A DNA stretch of 60,685 bases, the filler included, from Blastocystis sp. subtype 4 (Eukaryota), in assembly GCF_000743755.1 (NCBI RefSeq). It is 3 parts of 3 records of this genome, joined end to end, with 100 filler letters (N's around TTAATTAATTAA, not from the genome) between each part and the next. Parts side by side here need not be neighbours in the genome. Positions count along the whole stretch, not along the records: positions 20,408 to 40,551 come from NW_014569347.1; positions 40,652 to 60,685 come from NW_014569345.1; 1 more part is not named here. The stretch is one strand, 5' to 3'. A model generated the notes under the pieces. It did no database searches and was not told the origin of the DNA. It saw nothing but the letters and a program-made list of their open reading frames with translations. A program made the position numbers and the translations under genes. Positions 39,207-51,843 of the stretch are shown here, one piece after another (the first letter of the stretch is position 1; each line of letters starts with the position of its first letter).

Positions 39207-40062
39207 AATCGCGATATCGTTTTCGCATCTTGGGAGCATCTCCGAGAGCGAGAGGATCAACATTATCCGTTTCCCACTTTTGTTTGGACCGTCGACTTAG
39301 GGGAATATTACTTTCTATCTATGAGAGAAGAGAACCAACACAACCTGGCCGTTTCTTATACATTCGAAGTTGTGGTTGCATTCCATACACTTCGCTAGCT
39401 CTGCTGTGGATCTGTGAAGGAGGGATTTGTTGTGAAGAATAAATTGATTGCGAAGAGGCGGTTTGTTGAGATGTTTGAGTTGATGGATCAGAACCTGATT
39501 TGGACTGAACCAAATCTCTTCCTCGTTCACAATAATCACACTTTCCGGACGAATTCACAAGATCCTTTCCCCATCCTCCACATACCGAACATCGAGTAAA
39601 TACCATCCCGGAAGAAACTACTTGGTTTGGATTCGTAGAAGACTGTTTTAGACAACTACAAGATTACATCCATTCGGCAACTCTTACTCTGGACACTCCC
39701 AAGTTGTTTCATTTGTTTTCTACAGAATAATTCACACAACTTACACTTGCTTTATTCCAGTAATAGTACCGATTTGTTTTCTTATCTAGAACAGCTTTCC
39801 AAATTGCTTCTGGAACCTTATATACATTCGATGAAATCGGAACTGACGGTGTCTGTTTCACTTGCTTTGATTCTGCAGTCTGCTCCAAATTCGATTGATC
39901 TCTCTTCACACTTGAAATTCCCACTGGATTTTGGTCATTGCTGGGAGTTTGATTATTCGATGAAGGAACTACAGACTTCGTTTCCTCTTGAATTGATTGC
40001 TCCTTTTGCGACGGAATACTATCTTCTTCTGTAGCATACGAAAAGAGGTTCAAAGATGACAT
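39207..40062 (-). CDS. WW-domain protein with CxxCGGWG..CxxC module, PQBP1-like
   Basis: WKAVLDKKTNRYYYWNK^KTNETTWECP; RCSVCGGWGKDLV..GKCDYC; DPLALGDAP. Confidence 0.55.
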
Positions 40063-40194
40063 GGAATGAAATGAGAACTTGAACAACAAACAGCAATAAG
40101 CAAACAACAACTTGTAACGCAGCAAAACAACACAAAATACAGGATCTTGGAACCTGATTACGTCCAAGTCCCTAAAGCCTGTGCTATAGCAAAA

Positions 40195-40551
40195 CTACAG
40201 TCTGCAACAATAGCTATTCGACTGAGTGATGTATCGAATGTATCTGTGTCTACACCTCATTCGTGTCCTCTTCTCCTACGCATTGTAATTCTTATCCTGA
40301 GTATCCACAGCCAAACCCTTGATTCGCAGTCCCGACACCTGATAGTTCGGAATCTCAAAGTTGATTCTACACTCACAACCTCTCCTCATTCCTACGCAAT
40401 CGGACCAATCTCCTTTGTGATGAATTGGTTCGCAGGCTTTTCCAGATTGAACACTACCTTCAGGAAATACTCCTTCTGTCCCATCACCTTGCTGATCATC
40501 CACAACACACGATGTTCCTTCTCTCGGTACTCCTTCATTTGTCCCTGTGCA
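40195..40551 (-). CDS. AP4M1: 3' part of adaptor medium chain, most like AP-4 mu (truncated by gap)
   Basis: EIGPIAINFEIPNYQVSGLRIK...RYIRYITQSNSYCCRL* after removing two ~30-nt introns. Confidence 0.75.
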
Positions 40552-40651
40552 NNNNNNNNNNNNNNNNNNNNNNNNNNNNNNNNNNNNNNNNNNNNTTAAT
40601 TAATTAANNNNNNNNNNNNNNNNNNNNNNNNNNNNNNNNNNNNNNNNNNNN
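40552..40651. other. Assembly gap with artificial TTAATTAATTAA linker (40596-40607)
   Basis: Same layout as the 20308 gap. Confidence 0.97.
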
Positions 40652-40652
40652 A

Positions 40653-41874
40653 GGAGGAGGTACTTTCGATGTGACAATCATGAGTGTAACTGGAACAAAG
40701 TACAAGGAATTGGGTCTTGATGGTGATTTGTTCCTTGGAGGAAGTGATTTTGATACCCTGTTGATGGATACCATAATCACAGACTTTGAAGAACAGTTGG
40801 GTAGTAGACTTACTGCTAATCAACGCAGTAAGCTTCGATTCAAATGTGAAGAAGCTAAGATTTCTTTGAAGGTTCTTCCAGAAACTGAGATCGATTTTGG
40901 TGAAGCTGATTGTATGTTGAGCCGTTCTAGAATGGATTATTTACTGAGACCAATGATTCAACGTTCTATTGCTATCTGTGATCGACTTATTCAATCGTTA
41001 TTCATGACAGCAGAGGACATAGATGATATCATTCTTGTAGGAGGATCAAGTCGTCTCAATTTGGTTCATTCCATGTTGGAGGAGCATTATCACAAAGAGC
41101 TAAGAGAGTCTATCAATCCTGATGAGTGTGTTGCTTATGGTGCTACCAAGTATGGATATTTCCTGAGTCGAGGAGGCGTAATTGAGTTTGATGTATCTGT
41201 TCCTAGTCCTGTTTCTCAACCATCTAGTCCCACTCCTCCACCATCTAGTCCTTCAACACCGAAGAAGATGAGACCTATTGATGTGAGTGTTACTTGTCCC
41301 TCAGATATTGGAATTGGAGTTGGAAAGGGTATTCTCAAAGTTGTTATCCCTCGAAGGACGATTCTTCCTTATTCTGCTCAGTTTGATCTTACAAACTATC
41401 GTGACAATGTGACTGAAGTCTCTATATCGATCTTCCAAGGGAACCATCGACATGTCCGCAACTGTCGAAGGCTTCAAACACTCACCGTTACTGGAGTAAC
41501 TCCAAAGCCTGCTGGTCAGAATCGTTTTAGAGTCATTTTCACCATGAACAAAGATGGAAATCTCAGTCTTCAAGTGGTTGACAAAGATGGTGGTCGGTTA
41601 GTTCAGTGGAATAGTATCCAGGCTGCCTTCTCTGAAGCGGATGTGACTCGATTTACACAGGACCTGGCAGATATCACATCTCGTCAAGAAGAGTATAATA
41701 AGATGTCTAAGACCATTAGTGCATTACAAGATAAGGGATATGCAATCTGTTCTACTATGACTGATCCTAACAAGAGAATGGAACTTAGGGCATATGTTAC
41801 CAGGTTAGGAGAACGAAATACTATGACTGAAGAGGATATTGCAGAAATTGAAAGAGTGTATAGTAGATATCATT
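40653..41874 (+). CDS. Divergent Hsp70-family protein (5' part lost in gap)
   Basis: GGGTFDV, GDLFLGGSDFD, ILVGGSSR, INPDECVAYGA, SBD-like ISIFQG; poly(A)-type end after SRYH. Confidence 0.85.
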
Positions 41875-41878
41875 GTTG

Positions 41879-41886
41879 TGTTTGTT
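41879..41886 (+). terminator. TGTTTGTT motif (Hsp70-like)
   Basis: In-frame T41874 at -5. Confidence 0.85.
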
Positions 41887-41991
41887 CACATTTCCCTCCA
41901 AGAGTTGGTAATTGTGATAATGAGCTGTCAGAATGATGGAAACGATCTTCTGAAGTTCAAATTGGTGAAAAGGTGTGAATTGTTGTAAGAG

Positions 41992-43409
41992 ATGTCAGGA
42001 AACAGGGAATTCTATACTGTATTCGCTAAGGGACTTCATCTAGCTATTGACTCCCGTTACCAACATCTTGTTCCTACAGGGAGTGGAAGCTATGGAATTG
42101 TCTGTTCTGCCATTGATTCCGTTGCAATCTTCGGATTGAAAATGACATACAGGTTACGAACATGCGAGTAGCTATCAAGATATCTCCAATCTACGAGGAA
42201 CCTCAAATCAATGAACTTCGATATCTTGTATGATTCCCTCCTGGTCTTTGAATTGTAGAGAGAATTGAAATACCTTCGTTTCTTTAATGAATGTCCTCAA
42301 ACTCTCCATGTTTTGGATTACTATTGTTATCCATATTCATCATGTGTGAGAATAAACTCATATACAAAGAGAATCCGTTGCTTATACATGGTTACTCCTT
42401 TTTATGACTATGACCTCGAAATGATTATTGATGCACAAAATGTTCATTTTCCACCATTAATTCATTATTAGTATATGACGATTGATCAAATCCGACTCCT
42501 TTTATATCAACTGTTGTTGTCGTTACGTTATATTCATTCAGCAGGGGTATCATTTACCGATTCTTTTGATCTAGTTCATGCATCGAGATGTGAAACCGGC
42601 TAATGTTCTTATTAATCGGACAGCTGATGTTGCTGTGAATGTTATTCTATTCTTTTATTGATAGTTGTGTGATTTTGGGTTGGCTCGGGCCACCATGACC
42701 TCTCTGACTACGTATGTGGTAACTCGTGACTACCGTGCTCCGGAACTTCTTGTAGAGAATAAGGTGTGGTCCAAAGGACAGACTGATGGATAGTTTTACA
42801 ACAATCGAATCGACATTTGGTCTGTAGGAATTGTGTTTGCTGAGATGCTTCATGGATCTGCTCTATTTAAGGTTCATATGATCAGTGCTCATCACAACTA
42901 GGCTGGAAGTGCTAGTAAACTCTTGGAACTCATTCTCTCGTATCTGGGAAAACCAAAGGAAGAAGTGATTGTTGCGAACTATTTTGACTTATAGGATCTT
43001 CAGATGATTGAGAAGGATTCTGTTCGACAATTTGTACAGAATCTCCAACCAATACCTAAGCCTCTATTGCGAATTATCTCACGGCAGGTTCCTTCGGATG
43101 CTGCTGATTTGTTGCTAAAACTACTTACATTCAATCCAAACAAAAGAATTAGTGCGAATGTGATCTATGTTGATTCAGTTAATGTGTAGGAGGCCTTGAA
43201 TCATCCTTTCTTTTCAGATTTGAGTAGTACTCTTCAACCTCTTACTTGTAAAAGCAAATATGATGCAGAGTGGGAGGAACGGTTCGAAATAGGCAACTTT
43301 GTGATCCATAGAGTGATGTCTACACATGATCAGTCTGTTCTTTGGACTCAATTTCTGAAAGAACAGGAATACTACCCCGTTGTAAAATGCAAATATCAGG
43401 CGAAGCAAT
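41992..43409 (+). CDS. MAP kinase-family protein, atypical TTY loop, multi-exon
   Basis: [64 protein letters not shown]. Confidence 0.88.
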
Positions 43410-43413
43410 CGTT

Positions 43414-43421
43414 TGTTTGTT
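43414..43421 (+). terminator. TGTTTGTT motif (MAPK)
   Basis: In-frame T43409 at -5. Confidence 0.85.
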
Positions 43422-43495
43422 GAATACAAATACGATACCCGTGGTTTTTTCTTCTTCCTTGCAGGATGACTGAATCAATCAAATAACATTGCAGA

Positions 43496-46400
43496 ATGAC
43501 TGAGAAAATATCTGGATGTATTTTTGCTTTGAGAGCGATGCTCAAGAACTGTTTGTGAAGTTGTATCCAATGAGACCTAGGCAATGATGTGAAAGAGGAT
43601 CGAAACATTAATCCGTTTCGTCTTCAAGCATTTGATATCTTAAATGAGCTGTTGAGTGAACTTCCTGTAGTGGAAGATTATGTCTTCACCAAATTCCACG
43701 AAGAGTAGATAGTTGAATGATATTTCATTAGAATTAGGTTTGAAGAAGTATTTACAGAGATAGTAAATGGTCGATGGAGTAGGAAAATGCGAGTTAGCAT
43801 TAGAGTGTAGGCAACAACATGTTTACTCCACCTGTTCGAAATGTATTTGGAAAGTGTGTAGAGCAAATATACGCCGTTCATGGGGCCAGTGCATTGCCTC
43901 TTATTCGTAGTTTCGGTGGATTCGAGTGATTTTATAGGCAATTGTCTGAAGTATTTGAATTCTCGCTACTGTTCTCTTGTCAAGATCCAGTGTATGGAGA
44001 TTCTGTCAATTCTGATGGATGCAAAGAACAAGGATATCAGTATTTTCATGGGAGACTGTATAACTTTCTGCTCCAAATTCAATCGTGCTACTGATGTTTT
44101 GATGAATGAGACTGATTATTCGTAGACAGAGGAGAAGATAGCATATCTTCATTTCTTAGGATCTATTTTCCATAATTTCTTGTTAGTTTCAGACTCCTCC
44201 ATCTTTGCAAATACAGTCCCGACAATCTACAAGCAGTTACAAAAGTTGATGCGAATAGAAACTGTTTCGGAGGTTGTTTGTCTGGTTCCTGAGTTGTATT
44301 ACCAGATTTGCATCATTAGTATGGAGTACCCCATTTCAGGTATTACAGTTCCTCTTATGGTAAACGAGGTATTTGGCTTGTTTAAACAGGAGAATCAAGA
44401 TTTAAGAAGTTTCTCTTGTCGATATGGAGCAATGTTGTTCTCAGAACTGGTTACACGAAGTATGGATCATAAATACTTCCGAAATCGGGATTACCAAATA
44501 ACCAAGGAACAAGATCAATCTGAGAGTACTTCAACTAAGAAGAAGGAAGAGATGTATGTCTACAATCCTGTCGATTACACATTTGAAAGTATCATTCGCA
44601 TCTTTATCACAAAAATGAATGGAGGTTGGAGAGATGAGGTAGATTGATGAATAGTGACTGAAGTGAATGAATTACTCTGTTATTCACAGACAGTTATGTA
44701 TATTCTCTTTGGATGTCGTGATCAGATTCTGGAACGTGATGTAACCATTTTGGTGAATGTTCTATTCGAATTCCTTCGATGTGAGGTTTATGTTTCTCTC
44801 TCACATGTAGTGCATCCTATACCTGCAGTAAAAGCATCCGTAGAACACATTATCCTCAATGGAATCTGTCAGTATCTGTCAGAATCTCATATTACAATAA
44901 CGTCTACAATTATCAATCGTTTTGTATCTAATTATGAAAATGGTGCTGACCTCCCTTCTGAGATTGTTGCTCTTACTGCTGCTCAGCTTTTGGCTCGAAT
45001 TCTACCTATTCTTGGCGAAGCTATCAAAGCCCAGCTTGATGAGTTGTTGGGATCCCTTCTTCCAGCCTTAGAGAAAGATTCAGTTTTGTTGCAAACCACT
45101 GTGATTCGTTCATTGGTGCAAATGGGCTTGACGGATGCTTCGATCATTGAGGTGATGATTAAGCAATTAGTTCTTCATCTCGATCGTCAGCTTTCGGTTA
45201 TTCGGAGTCTGACAGAAGAGTCTCAACGTCGTGAGATCTTACAGTGTGACGTATTGACGGGATATTGCAAGGCTATTGGAGAGCTACTGATTCTATTGTA
45301 TACCAGTGAGGTTCTGCACTTTTCTTCATTTGTAGAGCGCTACGATATCAGCTTTGATCTCTTATCAATGCTGTTTACGATAGCCAAAGAGCTTCTCACA
45401 CTCTATCATGATCATACCGAGTCGGATTATCGCCAGAACTCTCTAACAGGCAATCAGGAAGCATTCCGTGTGCGGCAGATCTATCAATACTGCTCAGAGG
45501 CTGGTTGGTATCTGATTCAAGGTCTGGTTTCATCTGGTTTCATTTTGATGGACTTGTGATTTCTAGATGTGGATTGGCTTCTTCCAGAAATCGAGGGTAT
45601 TTTGTCATTGCTAACAACTCAGTTCATTAATATTGGCACGACATTCCATTCAATTCAATTTGCTCTTCAGAAGAAAGATAGTACAACGGATGATTTTCTT
45701 GCTCAAGAGTTGAACCTCTGTTTCTCTCAATTGTTACCCTGTCTTCAGACCATGTTGATTCTGGTGAGAATTCGTCGTGATATCTTTGACAAATATACTC
45801 CAATTTTCAACCCTCTGGTGAGGATTAGAGTGAGATGATGAGAATAGATTATCCAATTCCAATCCATTGGTAATCTTCTCTATACAACTTCTTCATTCAT
45901 CACAGATAACTCGTTACTCTTCCTTAAGCGCTTATTGTTACTCTGTCTTCACATTATCAACAGTTTCCCTGCTCATATTCTGATTTCAGGTTGTGATTAT
46001 TACATGCCTCTAACACTACTTACTGTATTGAATAATGAAGAACGTACTACATTGAGTAATGAACTATTAGGAAAAGAAGATGAAGTATTGCTCATGAGGT
46101 TTGAATGATGGAATGGAATGAGATATAGAAACAGACCTGAATGGGTGATGAGCATGAATGTGATAATGATTCTATCATTTGATGTTTAGAGTTTTATTGA
46201 GAATGCAAAGATGACACGTAAACGTAATCCTTATGATTATGAAGATGAGACATTGTAATCATTCTTATTCAGATTCATGATAGTTATATGGTATTCCATA
46301 AAGCTCTTCTTACTCCAAATCCAGTTCCTCCTTATCCATCCTTAATGAAGCCTTCAGCTCCTTTGCTTCATACTCGACTGATCAATGCAGCAATTCAAGC

Positions 46401-49400
46401 TTTCTCTCAGTTATTTGTTTATAGTGGTTCTGGAAGTCGAGGGAAGATGACAGAGGTAGTTTTGAATAATATGAGTAATGGTCTGGGGTAAAAATGTGGT
46501 GTTATCCATAGCTGATAAATTGTCACAAGAAGAACGTCAGAATACGGCTCACAACATATGTTGCATTCTCTGGTGCATTGCTGATGTGAGGACAAGAATA
46601 ATTCTTAATGTTTAGTTGGCTGTTCGATTTGATCTGTACTTAGAACCTCATCCTTGGTTATCAGCTGCTCGTGAAATACTTCTTTCGGCTATGAGTAGTA
46701 TGGAAGCTGTGAATCGGCGTGTGGCAGCTGAGGCTCTGTCGCAGCTATGTGTTGTGGTTGATATTGAGTTTGTAAGAGAAGTTATCAATGCAATTCAGGA
46801 TACCCTCACTTCTCATACTGATGAACGAAAGGTGAGTGCAGGTGTATTCTGTCTGTGTGCAATTCAGCGTTCAGTAGATGCTCGTAATGGAGAAGCACTT
46901 AGCAATAATATCATTCGTGTTCTGATCTCTGAGTGTACGTATTTTACTCAGCCTATTCGTACTTGGTGTCTTCATTCGGTCTCTCTCTATCTTCAGTACA
47001 ATGATGTAATTCGTGATCCTCAGATCATTCGTTGGGTATTGATTACTGTCAATCATAATATGCTTTGTGATGCTGGTGGCCGAGTTATCATTACATAGAA
47101 GTTTAATTTATAGGAATATGAGAATCGAATGAGTGTTCAGTTATCACTTCTTCATATTATATATGCCTTCTTAACAGAATTGGACATTCATATTATCAAT
47201 GCTTACAAGTATGACTTTGTCACCTTATTGAACATGATTGATTATGTAAGCTATTGGGCACACTCTTTCCCCTAGATTTGGAACACCTCCACAGATTCCC
47301 AAGTTCTTCAAGCTTGTCTTCAGATCTATTCCGTCTTATTTGAGTTGTGTCCTGGATATCTTCATATTCCCGCGATTGTTGATCGAATTCGACGTTCTCT
47401 TATTTGTAATGATGTTGATCTGCGCTGTTGGTTTGGATCATTGATTTGAATTGTAGTTTCCGCAGTTATCTGTATGAAGCATGTGATTGCAACCACTCCT
47501 TCGTTTATATATGGTTCAGATGAAGAGAGCATTGTGGATCTAAAGACATTACTGGAAGAAGTGTTAACATGTTATCAGAAGTGTGTTTTGTAAGGACTGA
47601 AAATGGATTTGAAAGAGTAGGAGCGATATTGCTGTTCAAGTGAATGCTTGCAGTGAGTTGTATATTGGTATAATTAACAAACGTATTGATTGTCTTAAAG
47701 AGGATGATGTTTCTGGAGTATGGAGTTTGGTTCGTGATATTTCGCGTGTTGTGATGGGTGATGCTCCACTGTTGGATATCTTCTCAGCGGATTGGAGTAA
47801 ACAGAAGGAGGAAGTGGAAAAAGTGGAGGCAGAGAAGCAGGAAGAAGAAGAAGAAGAGAACGTGGAAGATCAAGGTGCTGAAGCATTGACAACTTCGAAG
47901 TCAGTAGAGAGTGAAACGGAATGGATGTGGCAAGCATCTTTGTTATCTCTTGAGGGCAGTTATTCTGTGATTCGTAAACTCTTTGAAATGGTTCGAAAGG
48001 ATGATCCAATAATTTATCGTATTTTATCAGAACTGATTCGACTTTGCTGTCATTCTACAACGATTAGTTATGAAGGATCTCAGTTAGAATGTATTCAAAC
48101 TCTGGGTCTTTGTATCTTGAATGATGTGATTACACACTATGCTTCTGTTCCTGACACAGAGGATCCTTCTCGTTATTATATTGAGCAATTTGAGATCCAG
48201 ATCATCTCTGCAATCCGTCGTGTGTTGACATTGAGTGCTGTCTATGATCCCGTGATGTTAAGTGTGAATATTGTATATGTTCTGATTACCAGTGGAGTGA
48301 TCACTGATAAGAGTAAATTAGATTGAGTAAGATAACATGTAGTTTCGTTAGGGAAGTTGATGCAAATGTTAAAGCCGATTGAAGAGATCTCGGAGAACAA
48401 GACGTTGTTACGCATCGAGCAGGTGAAGGTACAGGTGACGGCTAAGCTCTTCCTTCTCTCTTTCCAGCCCAAAGGCAATGTGAAGTCTTTGATTCGTCAA
48501 GAGATCGTTGCGAACATTATGATGAATGCTGACTATTGGAGAGCGAAGTGGTGTGTACGTATTCGTCGAGGCATTCTCGGTATGTGTATTTGATCGAATT
48601 CACCTTCAGATCACAAGCCACCTGAAGAATTCTCGCTCTACCTGCTATGTGCTGCTGCTCTGATCAATGCAGAACAAGTCAAGGCTCCCATTCCGGAGGA
48701 TCATCCCAACTACGAGCTACAACAGTTGATTCTAGTTTTGGGAGCTACCATGACAGTGTTGAATGAAGTACTGAAAGAGGAGGAGGCTCAAGAGACTAAG
48801 GAATTCAGTGGTTCCATATTCAATTGTATTTTGGCATTGCAACATTTGGCCCATTTTGTGGAATTGATCCCTGGTGAAGGAGTGTTGAGGGATTTTGTTG
48901 AATACGTGTTGACAGTCCTTCGTCGTGTATTACGGTTGAGTGAAGGAGTATCTAGAGCAGATTCAATGAAAACGGTCGTATTGTCCAACTGTGTGGAGTT
49001 GTATGGAGCAGTCAGCAACTTAGTCAAGCAGAACAAGGGGATTATCTCATTACCTCCAGATGAACAGTCTGTTGAATTCAAGCCCACAATGCATCAGCGT
49101 CAGTGGACTCAGATGCATCATTCTCATGTTCCTGAAGTTCGTATAGTTAGTTCACCATCTGCCCAAAAAACAGTGGAGAAAGAATCACCAATATTGGATG
49201 TTTCAACTGTCACAACAACTGTGAAAGAGGACTCACCTACATCTGGAGATACTCCTAAGAATACTCCTGTTTGTGATGATGAAGAAAAAGGATCCTTTGA
49301 TGAGAAAGAGAGAGTGGTTGCTGCTGAATTGTCCTCTCGACTGGATCAGTTAGCTGCTGCGTCTTCTGAGGACTATACTGAAGAGAGCTATTATTCCTAT

Positions 49401-51821
49401 GAGTCATATTATTCCTATGAAAGTGATGAGAATTCAAGGGAGACAGAAGTACCTCCTAGTCTTAAACCTGCGGAATCTGTTGAGGACCATGTGGAATCAG
49501 TTGAGGACCATATAGAGTCAGCTGAGGACCATGTGGGGTCATTGGAATTATCAGAGTCTATACCCTCTATTGAGGAGTCTATACACTCTATTGAGAAATC
49601 ATCAGAGAAGTCTGAGATCCCTGTTGAAACAGCTCTTGCTCGTACGGAGAAGAAACTGGAAGTGGATGATCATTTGTGGGATGATGACGATGAAGAGGAA
49701 GTAAAACCTCAAAGACAACGTCGTGTATCTCGGAAGCATAGTACTAAGATAGAGAAAACGGAAGAATCAGAGAAGAAGCCTATTGAACAGCCTAGAAAAG
49801 TATCCTCAGAGTCTAAAGTCCCTGTTGAAACAGCTCTGGCTCGTACGGAGAAGAAATTGGAAGTGGATGATCATTTGTGGGATGATGACGATGAAAAGGA
49901 AGTGGCAGTGAAACTCCCTCGTCGTAGTCGTTCATCTAAGACTAAGAAAACAGTAGAGCAACCTGTGAAGGAACCTATGATAGTGCCCGAGCAACCAAAG
50001 GAAGAACCAAATCATGTTGAGGAGAAGCATGATGAACCAGAAGTTGCTGACCGTGTTGATTCAGAGAGACCTACAAAGTCGGAGCCACCTGCTGCAAGTC
50101 CCACAATCGTAGTGGATAAAAACTCTGCTACGGCCACAGCACTCGCTCTAACAGAGAAGAAACTGGAAGTGGATGAACATTTGTGGGATGATGACGATGA
50201 GGAGGAGCGACCAGTACAGCGTAGACGAGTACGTGGAGGGAGAGGAGAGAGAAAAATGAAATTGGTATTGGAAGAGAAGGAAGGTCGTCCTGCAGAGAAT
50301 CTGGGAGATGAAGACGGTAAGAGGCAACGAAGAAGACGAGGACGCCCAGCACGTCAATTCAAGTTGGAGGATTTCGAAGCATCTTGGGATGATGAGCCAT
50401 CCGCTGCTCAAGAACCAAAGCAGCCTGTTGTAAATGAGAGCAAGACCGAGCTGGAATCGGAGAAGCCTGATAAGGAAGCTGCAGAGTCTGTGGAAGTGAT
50501 CAAAGAGTCTGTTGAAGAGGCGACAGAGCCTGTCGTGAAGCCTATTGAGGAAACTAAGGAACCTGTTGAAGTGGTTGCTAAGCCTGAAGAGTCTGCTGAA
50601 GAACCTCAACCCGTGAAGGAATCGGAGAAGTCTGAGACTTCGATCGAGCAATCCCTGGAACCCAAGGAATCTGTGGAGAACACGGAAACGAAACTACAGG
50701 CTGAGGCAACAGAACCACTGAAGTTTGAGGAGTCGGAAACCACTGTCCCTGCTGAGGAGGATTGGGGAAGTGACAACTGGGAAGAAGCCGAAGAGTCAAA
50801 GCTCACTCCATCTACCATACCAACACCAATCTTCCTTCAAGTCACACCATCGTTGACTGAAACCTCTCATCTGTTCTGGGAGATGATAGAAGTGGCAAGT
50901 CTCCTTCTGGATCGTGTAGAGAATCTGAAAGAAGCAGTTACTGCTCTCAGAGCTTGTCTTCAGCTCTTCCCAACTCGACTTGATGTCACTTCTTTCTTCA
51001 TTCAACGTGTTTTAACCATTTTGAATGAGAAAGAGGTGAGTGAAACAGATTTGAATTCGCTTACTCAATTCTTATGTGATTATGGAACTTCGAATGTTTA
51101 TCTTTCTCATTGTATCAGTGATTATTGTTCTGAGCATCTTACAGCCTTACACCAAGAGAAATCTTCATTGAAACGACAACACCAGTTGCTTGTTACCTTA
51201 GCTGCTCTCTATCAGACGAAACAGGAAGATTATATCGTGTATTCCATTATTGACACGTATTTTAGTGCTTTTGGGGTTGCAGATCCTTCTACAGAGTTCA
51301 TTGCATTCTATCTCACCCACTTGGTAGAACTTCTCCAGAAACTAGAGCTCAGTCATCTTCGACTGATACTGAGTGTGTGTGGAATGAATGTTATCTGTCA
51401 AACAGCTCCTCATATCTCGTTATTTGATAAGAATGCATTGATTTCCTTAGTTCAATTGGGCGCTATTCTCTATGGGAAGACCGAGAACAAGGGCAAGATT
51501 GTGGATTTAGAGATTCGATTGCTTGCTTTGGCACTACGTCGTTCGCTCGTATTACAACCTACCAATACAAGCAAAGCGAAAGAGGATCCTGTTCTTGTGA
51601 AGGTGAATGGAATGATTGGTAAGATTCTCTTCTTGATTGCCCGTGTGAATCCAGAGGAATTGAAGGCTGTTATGAGTACCTTATCAACAGAAAGTGTAAC
51701 TGATCTTCAGAATCAATTGAGACGAACTGTACAGTTGAAACAATCGGAGAGTAATGCTGCTAGAAGAAGAAATGCAACTAGAATGCCTGTGAAACTGGAT
51801 GCATCGAAGTTTGAAGAATAG
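43496..51821 (+). CDS. HEATR5: HEAT repeat-containing protein 5 (HEATR5/p200/Laa1), multi-exon, with long disordered insertion
   Basis: RRVAAEALSQL, IRTWCLHSVSL, YASVPDTEDPSRYYIEQFEIQIISAIR, C-terminal PVKLDASKF. Confidence 0.75.
49620..50201 (+). repeat. Three dispersed copies of TALA(R/L)TEKKLEVD(D/E)HLWDDDDE (49620-49694, 49821-49895, 50136-50201)
   Basis: Near-identical nucleotide and peptide copies. Confidence 0.93.
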
Positions 51822-51824
51822 ATG

Positions 51825-51839
51825 TGTTTGTTACAAACA
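51825..51839. terminator. Palindromic bidirectional motif TGTTTGT-T-ACAAACA (HEATR5 / membrane protein)
   Basis: Perfect 7-bp inverted repeat between convergent genes. Confidence 0.8.
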
Positions 51840-51843
51840 GGAG

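Noticed and set aside
40653..43409. Apparent Hsp70-MAPK fusion
   Set aside because: Hsp70 has its own motif (41879-41886) with an in-frame T at -5, and the kinase has its own ATG at 41992.
49620..50201. Spaced direct repeats resembling a CRISPR array or mobile-element ends
   Set aside because: In-frame coding repeats with synonymous differences and irregular long spacers; eukaryotic context with no cas or transposase genes.
51713..51843. Apparent antisense coding overlap between HEATR5 and the 297-aa ORF
   Set aside because: Best explained as ORF-finder read-through past a poly(A)-generated stop.
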